From positions 128,915 to 192,914 of the forward strand of contig JAUXTO010000022.1 in the NCBI GenBank assembly GCA_030679255.1: 64,000 nt of DNA, written 5' to 3'. Positions 19,935 to 26,940 of this stretch are shown in pieces. Below the pieces are notes generated by a model. It saw only the letters and a list, made by a program, of their open reading frames with translations, made no database searches and was not told the origin of the DNA. Source of the stretch: Candidatus Gottesmanbacteria bacterium (GTDB taxonomy: Bacteria > Patescibacteriota > Microgenomatia > UBA10105 > UBA927). The position numbers were made by a program, and so were the translations under genes. Each line of letters starts with the position of its first letter. Position 1 is the first letter of the stretch.

Positions 19935-20792
19935 TCACCCCTTGTTTTCCTTATTTACCGCGAGTTGCTGCATGATACCAAAAAGCCCGAATACGTTCCA
20001 GTAGAGCGATAATCCGAGTGGGAACTGAAAGGCAAAAAATCCAAACATGATCGGCGTAATCATCATCATCTGCTTTTGCATATCTCCCATCATATCCTCC
20101 TTCTTCTCTTCCGGCTTGCCCGCCGAAGCTTTAGCGGAGGAGGGTTTCATTTTTTCATTGGTAGTATTGGAAATTGGTAGTATTTGTTTATTGGTAGTAT
20201 TCGCCACCGTGGGCATCATCAATTTACTCTGCCAAAACTGTAGGAGTCCGGTGATCACCGGCACAGAAAGGAGCCACCACCCCTGTGTTTGCCATGCCTC
20301 GGGTTTAAGGCCTAAATTGATGCCAAAAAACGTGAGGTCGAGAGACGTGAGTTTCATGGCCGGCACATAGAGGACTTGGTTAAGCTGCGTGACGAGCGTC
20401 TCCAGATTTCCATTCCCCAACACTTGGTAAAACACGTTGTAGAGCGCGATGAGGATCGGCATTTGGACGAGAAGAGGAAGACACCCGGCCGCCGGATTGA
20501 CGCCGTGTTCTTTATAGAGAGCAAGCTGCGCCTGTTGAAGCTTCGGCTTATCATCTTTATGTTTGGCGTTGAGCGCATCCAGGTGAGGTTTGAGGTTACT
20601 CATCTTCTTGGCGCTTTTCATCTGCGCCTGCATCAGGGGGTAGAGGAGTAGCCGGATAAATGCCGTCATCCCGATGATGGCAAATCCCATGACCCCCGGC
20701 ACGCGGAGCCACTCAAACAATTTGTAGAATGCCACCAGAATATTTACTATAGGCCAGATCAATAATTGATTCCAAAGATTCGGATCAGTCAT
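19935..20792 (-). CDS. yidC: Membrane protein insertase YidC
   Basis: IRLLLYPL, LYKEHGVNPAAGCLPLLVQMPI, FPLGLSLYW, QQ. Confidence 0.95.
   Translation of the reverse strand: MTDPNLWNQLLIWPIVNILVAFYKLFEWLRVPGVMGFAIIGMTAFIRLLLYPLMQAQMKSAKKMSNLKPHLDALNAKHKDDKPKLQQAQLALYKEHGVNPAAGCLPLLVQMPILIALYNVFYQVLGNGNLETLVTQLNQVLYVPAMKLTSLDLTFFGINLGLKPEAWQTQGWWLLSVPVITGLLQFWQSKLMMPTVANTTNKQILPISNTTNEKMKPSSAKASAGKPEEKKEDMMGDMQKQMMMITPIMFGFFAFQFPLGLSLYWNVFGLFGIMQQLAVNKENKG
20115..20144. repeat. 30-bp hairpin element in-frame in yidC
   Basis: CTTGCCCGCCGAAGCTTTAGCGGAGGAGGG encodes PSSAKASAGK; termini resemble the CCTGCCC...GGCGGG family. Confidence 0.75.
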
Positions 20793-20809
20793 AATATTCT
20801 CTTATTCCA

Positions 20810-21067
20810 TTATTTTGTTATTCTATTATTTCTCGGCACCGGGTCCCTGCCTCCCGCGCTCCACGGGTGGCATCGGACAATGCGTTTGACCCCAAGCCAC
20901 AACCCATGGATTATACCATAGCCATCGACGGCCTGATACATGTACTCACTGCACGTCGGCTGAAATCGACATGCGCGATCGGTGAGAAACAGAAATTTGA
21001 GGATCCCCGTATCAAACGATAGGTACCGTTGATAGAAACGAATGGCAACAAGAAAAATAGGTTTCAT
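20810..21067 (-). CDS. yidD: Membrane protein insertion efficiency factor
   Basis: YQRYLS, CRFQPTCSEY, RIVRCHPW..GG.DPVP. Confidence 0.95.
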   Translation of the reverse strand: MKPIFLVAIRFYQRYLSFDTGILKFLFLTDRACRFQPTCSEYMYQAVDGYGIIHGLWLGVKRIVRCHPWSAGGRDPVPRNNRITK

Positions 21068-21093
21068 AGTATATAGGGGATAGTATATAGGGT

Positions 21094-21474
21094 TTAGGGT
21101 TTAGCGATTTCTGATTGAGATTTTTTGATAAGTCCCCGGATAAGTTTGCTCACAAAAGTAGATTGTTCTGCGATTCTCCTGAATGCGTCCAAAGAGATAT
21201 ATCCCACATCGCGGCTCACCAACAACTGATTCTGTAATTCCGTAAGTGATCCAAGAGATATTGAATAAAATTGCAGCTTCTCTTTCCATGAATTTCTGCT
21301 AAATCCTTCTGCAATATTGGATGTTATAGAAACAGCACATCGGCGTATCTGGCTTGTTAGACCAAATAATTCCTCTCTTGGAAATCCTTTTGTTATACGA
21401 TAAATATCCAATACCAACACATGTCCCTCTTTCCATGCAACAAGATCAGTAAACGACAATATTTTTTCATTCAT
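21094..21474 (-). CDS. Four-helix-bundle protein (23S rRNA IVS protein / Avd-like family)
   Basis: FTDLVAW, FPREELFGLTSQIRRCAVSITSNIAEG, SLGSLTELQNQL. Confidence 0.93.
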   Translation of the reverse strand: MNEKILSFTDLVAWKEGHVLVLDIYRITKGFPREELFGLTSQIRRCAVSITSNIAEGFSRNSWKEKLQFYSISLGSLTELQNQLLVSRDVGYISLDAFRRIAEQSTFVSKLIRGLIKKSQSEIAKP

Positions 21475-21520
21475 ACACTCGTTAATCTTTTGGTTTCCCT
21501 ATATACTAAATACTAGTACC

Positions 21521-21913
21521 TTACCCCTTAAAGATTCCTGTTTTCCTCAACACCTCCCTCACCCTCCCATCAACCACCCTAAACTCATCCCCCAATCCCT
21601 TCCGCACTATAAACACCCCGTCCCATCCGGGGCTGAGAGAGGGAAGAGCTAGCCGCACCGATTCTCGGACCAACCGCTTCAACCGATTTCTTCCCACTGC
21701 GCGTTTGTCCACGCTTACCGGCACCACAAATGCAAACCGTGTGTTTTCTCTTATGTCATCCCGGCCTTTGAGCCGGGATCCAGCGTTCAAAAAAGCAGAT
21801 GTAGATTCTCTCTTCCTATATATAAGGGAGATTCCGTCTCCGTTTAGGCGTTTGCCCCCGCGCATGACGGATTTGATTTCAGGTGAGGGGAGGCGGTGGT
21901 GTTTGGGAAGCAT
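21521..21913 (-). CDS. rnpA: Ribonuclease P protein with a palindrome-derived insertion
   Basis: MLPKHHRL, RFAFVV, AVGRNRLKRLVRE; position in the rpmH operon. Confidence 0.92.
   Translation of the reverse strand: MLPKHHRLPSPEIKSVMRGGKRLNGDGISLIYRKRESTSAFLNAGSRLKGRDDIRENTRFAFVVPVSVDKRAVGRNRLKRLVRESVRLALPSLSPGWDGVFIVRKGLGDEFRVVDGRVREVLRKTGIFKG
21754..21782. repeat. REP-like hairpin in-frame in rnpA
   Basis: TGTCATCCCGGC-CTTTGA-GCCGGGATCCA; encodes GSRLKGRDD. Confidence 0.8.
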
Positions 21914-21987
21914 GAGACAATCTTCATTTAGATTATTTTGCTATTTACTCATTCATTTGCAGATTTGTAGATTTGAATATTTGTAGA

Positions 21988-22125
21988 TTAAACAGTGAGC
22001 TTCTTCCGTCCCGTCAGTCTTCGTCTTTTGAGAACCTTGCGTCCGACCCGGGTCGCCATCCGGGCGCGGAACCCGTGCTTACGCGCACGCTTTCCCTTCT
22101 TCGGCTGATAGACTCTCTTTGGCAT
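21988..22125 (-). CDS. rpmH: 50S ribosomal protein L34 (not in the ORF track)
   Basis: Translates to [45 protein letters not shown]. Confidence 0.97.
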   Translation of the reverse strand: MPKRVYQPKKGKRARKHGFRARMATRVGRKVLKRRRLTGRKKLTV

Positions 22126-22244
22126 GACCCTAAGTATACCTGATCCGGCATCCCCGCAGCAACACCCACCATGTCTGATGGTTTATAGTTCACTATTAAC
22201 TATAAACAAACATTTGATATGTAAAAAAACTCTCCCAGCCGTTG

Positions 22245-22592
22245 TTATTTTTGTTGAGCTTTGATCATCAAATCAATCTCACGCTTCAAAACTGGCAGGT
22301 CGTCTTGTATCGTTTTCCAAATCACTTCTAGATCGATACCAAAGTACTCATGGACTACCTTGTCGCGCGCACCGACGACTTGTTTCCATGGGACAGTGGG
22401 ATACGCAAGACGCAGCGGCTCTGGTATGTGTCGCGCGGCTTCACCGATCACTTCGATGTTTCGAACCACCGCATCTATCGTCCGGGCGTCCCGGGAAAAC
22501 GCCTCAAAAGACATAGACGACACAAACTCGTTTATCTTTTCTATCGCCTCACGGATATCGGACAAGTAGAGAAGCGTGTTGTGTTCAGACAT
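22245..22592 (-). CDS. HepT/DUF86 HEPN ribonuclease toxin
   Basis: DAVVRNIEVIGEAA, PWK, RDKVVHEY (RX4H). Confidence 0.92.
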   Translation of the reverse strand: MSEHNTLLYLSDIREAIEKINEFVSSMSFEAFSRDARTIDAVVRNIEVIGEAARHIPEPLRLAYPTVPWKQVVGARDKVVHEYFGIDLEVIWKTIQDDLPVLKREIDLMIKAQQK

Positions 22593-22881
22593 AAACCGTC
22601 TCCCGTAAGACCACGTCTTTTATAAATGGTTTGAGTGCATTTACCGTAACGACATCCACATTCCGCTTCAAGAGTGTTTTTAAACGATCCTCAAGCTCAA
22701 TGAGCTTAAATAGCCCAATCGGTTGTGTGAGTTCTACGAGGATATCCACGTCGCTTGTTCGCTTGGTGTCGCCGCGCGCCACAGAGCCGAACACGCCCAA
22801 TCGTCTCACTGAGTATGATTCTCTAAAATGGGGAATGCTCTGCTTGAGTATCTTCTTTGCGGTTGCCAAATCTATCATCAT
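22585..22881 (-). CDS. MNT nucleotidyltransferase antitoxin
   Basis: GVFGSVARGD...SDVDILVE, VDVVT. Confidence 0.92.
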   Translation of the reverse strand: MMIDLATAKKILKQSIPHFRESYSVRRLGVFGSVARGDTKRTSDVDILVELTQPIGLFKLIELEDRLKTLLKRNVDVVTVNALKPFIKDVVLRETVYV

Positions 22882-23097
22882 ATCTGTTTATTATACTGTT
22901 TTCTTGGAGAATTATCAGAAACAACTCTTACGGCACGGTTCTGCTGGTAGTATGTGTTTTTGGACTACCCCGCATAATGTAATAGGCGAGTGCCTCCCGT
23001 ACTTTTTTACGGTGTTTACCCCGTATGTCGCGCTCCTCGGGAGTGCGAGGCTGTAAGCCTCCAGACCGAGGGAAGCGTACTACGGGGCAACTTCCTC

Positions 23098-23166
23098 CCT
23101 GCCCGCAATGCCCTGCCCGAAGCTGCTGCATCGCTGCAGGCGGGTGCGCATAGCGTTGCAGGCGGG
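23098..23166. repeat. 69-bp nested palindromic element (33-bp unit inside a 36-bp unit)
   Basis: CCTGCCCGCAATGC[CCTGCCCGAAGCTGCTGCATCGCTGCAGGCGGG]TGCGCATAGCGTTGCAGGCGGG; identical to 24520-24588. Confidence 0.92.
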
Positions 23167-23219
23167 CCACGTGATGGGCACGTCTCTCATACTATCCGGC
23201 ATGGAGATGAGAAGACGGG

Positions 23220-23254
23220 CCTGCCCGCAATGCAAGCAACGCGTTGCAGGCGGG
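23220..23254. repeat. 35-bp palindromic element of the same family
   Basis: CCTGCCCGCAATGCAAGCAACGCGTTGCAGGCGGG; its removal restores the YNPR codons. Confidence 0.9.
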
Positions 23255-23369
23255 GATTATAGAGGAAAAGTTCCGCCGAAGTTGAATTGTTTTGCGAGAT
23301 GCTTACCAAGTCCCGCTGCAAGAGGAAGCTTCCGGCGACAAAAATGCCTTGTCCAACCAACCGTTCTTT

Positions 23370-24026
23370 CTATGCGAGACGAGCGCTCGTATCTCCAAGA
23401 CATACCTGATGGATGAGATTCCAGCGTAAATAGGGGATCAGTTCTTTCTCCTCTTTTGGAGTTTCGCTGGTCATGAGAGTCTGTATGGTGTGTTTTATCA
23501 TGTCTTTCGATTGTCCGTTTGCCTCACCCACAGAATGTCCTTTGAGTATTGCCATAGCAACCTGATTAGACGGTTCGAGAAACAATTGCGCAGTTTTATC
23601 ATTGAGTGGCCGGGTCATATACTCGTCTTCAATAAAAAACACAAAATCGTCTGTGTATCCAAGGTACGCCATCGCACCCTTTGCGACACTCGCAGGTCCG
23701 AGTACTGCCGCAGAACTACAGGATCGGGCATACACGACGGTACCGAAAAATATGTCATCATTTTCACCGACCTCGACAAGCACTTCATTGTTTTGTCCAC
23801 CAACCTTATCCGCGCTGCCATGGCCATTGAGAAATATAAACGCCTGGCCGCCACGCTTACACAATACGCTCTCGAATTCTTTTCGCGTCGCCCGAGGGCC
23901 GCGAAGGTCTATCACATGCAAGGACCGTTTATCGGCGTAATCAATGACCGATTGACTCCAAAAAGAGAGGTAGTTCGTAGTGACGTCGTGATTGGGACGG
24001 GTGATAACCATGGGATTACTCTTCAA
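23370..24026 (-). CDS. Putative caspase/gingipain-fold (clan CD) cysteine peptidase
   Basis: FIFLNGHGS and VVYARSCSS give a His-Gly...Ser-Cys dyad after hydrophobic strands; AYLGY. Confidence 0.65.
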   Translation of the reverse strand: MKSNPMVITRPNHDVTTNYLSFWSQSVIDYADKRSLHVIDLRGPRATRKEFESVLCKRGGQAFIFLNGHGSADKVGGQNNEVLVEVGENDDIFFGTVVYARSCSSAAVLGPASVAKGAMAYLGYTDDFVFFIEDEYMTRPLNDKTAQLFLEPSNQVAMAILKGHSVGEANGQSKDMIKHTIQTLMTSETPKEEKELIPYLRWNLIHQVCLGDTSARLA

Positions 24027-24252
24027 ACGTGAGGCCTTCTTTTAACGATTGAAGGTAGGAAAGCTGTATCTGGATAATTTTATTTCCCACCGGATCGTTT
24101 TTGCCCACGCGGTCAATAAGCTCCTCTTTAGAAAACTCCCCGTCGGAACCGATAGACAACTTCTTACTCGAAGGAAATGATCGGAGGCGTGCAATGACTA
24201 ATTGGCGGACTTCTTCATCCGTCACTTTCTTTTTATTATATATATCGCTCAT
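24016..24252 (-). CDS. Small hypothetical protein (78 aa)
   Basis: Overlaps both neighbours, suggesting translational coupling. Confidence 0.75.
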   Translation of the reverse strand: MSDIYNKKKVTDEEVRQLVIARLRSFPSSKKLSIGSDGEFSKEELIDRVGKNDPVGNKIIQIQLSYLQSLKEGLTFEE

Positions 24253-24437
24253 AGCACGCCAAGTCCTTCGAGTTTTTCCAGAATAATACGAGAAAGCTTT
24301 GTGTCCTGATCGACTTCCAGCTTTGCCACTTTCCAGGTGATCGGCTCGTTATCCAATACCACTATCACTTCTTCTCTCAGATTGAGCGGTAAATTATTAT
24401 AGACCTTGTAAAATCGTTCTTGAAGGGTCATATCCAT
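24249..24437 (-). CDS. Small hypothetical protein (about 62 aa)
   Basis: Start at MDMTLQ after a TACAAT box; ATGA overlap with the next gene. Confidence 0.7.
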   Translation of the reverse strand: MDMTLQERFYKVYNNLPLNLREEVIVVLDNEPITWKVAKLEVDQDTKLSRIILEKLEGLGVL

Positions 24438-24501
24438 TGCATTGTATCTCCCCACAGAACAAATCTCAATCAGGGTGCGGTTATCTGAAGCGCGAAGCGG
24501 T

Positions 24502-24596
24502 TCAGGGAGCAACCTCTTCCCTGCCCGCAATGCCCTGCCCGAAGCTGCTGCATCGCTGCAGGCGGGTGCGCATAGCGTTGCAGGCGGGCCACGTGA
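24502..24596. repeat. Short third copy of the 574-aa gene terminus carrying the same 69-bp nested element
   Basis: TCAGGGAGCAACCTCTTC[69 bp]CCACGT directly precedes TCAGGGAGCAACCTCTTCCCACGT at 24597. Confidence 0.9.
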
Positions 24597-26321
24597 TCAG
24601 GGAGCAACCTCTTCCCACGTAATCGGCACATCTCGCATACTATCCGGCATGGAGATGAGGAGCCGGGGATTGTAGAGGAAGAGTTCCGCGGCGGTCGTGG
24701 TATTTTGAGATATACCCTCGAGGTCGCGCTGCAAGAGGAAGCTCCCGGCGACAAAAATGCCTTGACCCACAAGTCTTTCTTTCCCCACGACCGTACTCGT
24801 TCCGGTCTGGAAGGTCCCCGTGGGGCTCGTCACATAAACGCCTTCGATTGCTGGAGTGTTCGACGAATACAATCCACCGACGGAGGAGGCAACGGTGATA
24901 TTGCCGTTGACGATGAAGGCAGCAAAGCCCGATCCCGTCAGCGTCACTTTCCCACCAAGGGTGAGATTTCCATTAACAATAACTATAACCGTTTCTCCGT
25001 CGGCGACCGCCCAATCTCCGCTGGTCGTCATATTTCCCACCACATAGTAAGGGGTGGCGCGCGACGCGGGTTTGGCAACGGCTGTGAGATCTGCGAATGC
25101 ATCAGCCGTCGTCCCTCCCCCGAACCGGCGGTAAAAAAGATCATAATAATTTATATTTGCGTAGGCCGCATTGGCAAGTTGATTGGTCGAGGAGACATAG
25201 CTTTCTCCAACCAGGAGCGGACTGGCGTCAAAATCATAGCTTGTGCCGTAGGTGACCAGTCCCGGCGTCCCGCCGGATCCATCGAGCGCAAACGTCCGCG
25301 GACTGACCGACGCCGAAACCGGAGATGTCACGGCCCCCGATCCATACACATTACCGCCTCCGCCGGTTTGCACCCAAGGGCCGGAGAAGGTGTAGCCCAA
25401 TTGCCAGGTGATGGTATCCCCATCCACGGGCACGGAAAGCGTCGTCGAGAGTCCTTCGCCGGAAAGGGCAGCGTTGAGCACCCGACTCCAACACGCACGG
25501 GCCAAGGTGTAATCACTAGCGGCCGTGGGGGAGATCGTGTAGCTCCCGCCGACGATGGGGGAGAAGGATACATAATTATTGCCTGACTGGATTTGCGCCG
25601 TGGGTTGACTCGCCGATCCGGGGGTGAAGGCGTGGCTCGTGCCGGTTAAACCCGTGGTTGATGCCGCGACCGCTGTGCAGGACGTATCAGCAGCCGTAAC
25701 CTGCACGGCTTTGGCCTGGATCGCCCCCACACAATCGATGGTCTGGGTGTAGCCGGTATAGCAATCATACCCCACGGTCCTACTTTTCTTGGCCGGGCTT
25801 GCCGAGCAGACCGACCACGCGCTCACGTACGGCCCACCTTCCGTGCATCCCGGCGCGGGCGTACCGGACGGTGGAGGGGGCGCACTCCCGCCGGTCGGAA
25901 CCGGCGGGGGAGTCGATCCCGGCGGGGGAGTCGTCGTCACCGTTGGCGCCGTAGTCGGCGTCGGCAGCGCCGTCCCGCAATCCCCGGGATTACAATACGT
26001 ACAACAAATTTGTTGGATACAAGGGGCAGGATTCTGAATACAATCTGGTGGATCAGCTACGTATTCCAGTCGATATCCCGGAGTACAGTTTGGCGTGAGA
26101 TAAGGGGCTGTTCCACAATTTAGCCATACTTGTTCTAACTTTTGTCCACAATAATTTTGATTTACACTTGTACAAGATGTGGAGGTTCCTCCGCAGTTTG
26201 CCGAACAAAAATTTTGAGCAGATACGCTTGTCACCAAAAAAACCGAGGCAAAAAAGAAACCGACAATTATCGTGGCAAGCGTTTTAATAAATTTATTTAC
26301 ATCCATAGACAAGTAAAACAT
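24597..26321 (-). CDS. Secreted Cys-rich, Pro/Thr-linker surface protein with a C-terminal beta-helix-like region
   Basis: Signal peptide ending VSA-Q, many Cys, PTPTTAP linker, VNGNLT/VNGNIT repeats. Confidence 0.75.
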   Translation of the reverse strand: MFYLSMDVNKFIKTLATIIVGFFFASVFLVTSVSAQNFCSANCGGTSTSCTSVNQNYCGQKLEQVWLNCGTAPYLTPNCTPGYRLEYVADPPDCIQNPAPCIQQICCTYCNPGDCGTALPTPTTAPTVTTTPPPGSTPPPVPTGGSAPPPPSGTPAPGCTEGGPYVSAWSVCSASPAKKSRTVGYDCYTGYTQTIDCVGAIQAKAVQVTAADTSCTAVAASTTGLTGTSHAFTPGSASQPTAQIQSGNNYVSFSPIVGGSYTISPTAASDYTLARACWSRVLNAALSGEGLSTTLSVPVDGDTITWQLGYTFSGPWVQTGGGGNVYGSGAVTSPVSASVSPRTFALDGSGGTPGLVTYGTSYDFDASPLLVGESYVSSTNQLANAAYANINYYDLFYRRFGGGTTADAFADLTAVAKPASRATPYYVVGNMTTSGDWAVADGETVIVIVNGNLTLGGKVTLTGSGFAAFIVNGNITVASSVGGLYSSNTPAIEGVYVTSPTGTFQTGTSTVVGKERLVGQGIFVAGSFLLQRDLEGISQNTTTAAELFLYNPRLLISMPDSMRDVPITWEEVAP

Positions 26322-26862
26322 CCAATAAATACTTCTTATCTCGGCCTTCCTGTTCCTGAAAAACTCCGGTCACCCAGGTGTCCGGCTCTATCCTTTTATA
26401 TGTCTCTTTATATAAAAAGAGCTTGCCTTGTTTCAGAAACGTATCTCTATTGGTTTGGAGCGTTGCTACATATTTGGAAAGATCCAGGTACGTAGAATAT
26501 GCCAGGGCTAAACTTCCATCAGCAAGTTTTATAAATTTATCCCTACACTCAATTACGCTTGTATCAGTCGCAGATACAACATAGGTCTTCTGTGACCAAA
26601 GGCTGAATGTTTCGCGGTTTACGCTGCTTATCACCCCCTGAATCTGGAGCATCTTAGGAGAATTGGAAAGCGTGGTTACGTAATTCCTATCCTGTTTTTT
26701 GTCGAGAAGATTGGTCGGGGTATTTCGATCTGCCTCTGTAACATAGATGGGTCGGGGCGGTGGAGGAAAACTAAACTTACGTATACCGATAATAACAAAT
26801 ACAAAGGCGCTTACAATAAGTAATCCAAACAAAAGAAAGACTAATTTTTTCATGGGCATTGC
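26293..26862 (-). CDS. Hypothetical membrane-anchored protein
   Basis: N-terminal TM then poly-Pro; start uncertain. Confidence 0.65.
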   Translation of the reverse strand, partial: AMPMKKLVFLLFGLLIVSAFVFVIIGIRKFSFPPPPRPIYVTEADRNTPTNLLDKKQDRNYVTTLSNSPKMLQIQGVISSVNRETFSLWSQKTYVVSATDTSVIECRDKFIKLADGSLALAYSTYLDLSKYVATLQTNRDTFLKQGKLFLYKETYKRIEPDTWVTGVFQEQEGRDKKYLLDVLLVYGCK

Positions 26863-26940
26863 TATACCCATTTGACCATAAATTAGCAATTAATACAAGA
26901 GGATTTTAAATCAACTGTGGAATATTTACGCAGTATTCTA

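Larger units (their letters stand above)
23080..23370 (-). pseudogene. Diverged copy of the 3' end (about 61 codons) of the 574-aa gene, interrupted by two palindromic insertions
   Basis: After removing inserts at 23098-23166 and 23220-23254 it reads KERLVGQGIFVAGSFLLQRDLVSISQNNSTSAELFLYNPRLLISMPDSMRDVPITWEEVAP*. Confidence 0.9.

Noticed and set aside
22966-22993. dif-like site (CGCATAATGTA)
   Set aside because: Only the XerC-side half matches, there is no XerD arm, and it is near the origin
22928-23416. Short ORFs at 22928, 22990 and 23108 and look-alikes at 24437-24772
   Set aside because: Their similarity comes from the shared palindromic insert and duplicated gene end
23080-24785. Diversity-generating retroelement TR/VR pair, given the duplicated 3' end and an Avd-like gene nearby
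   Set aside because: Differences are mostly synonymous and not adenine-specific; no reverse transcriptase in the window
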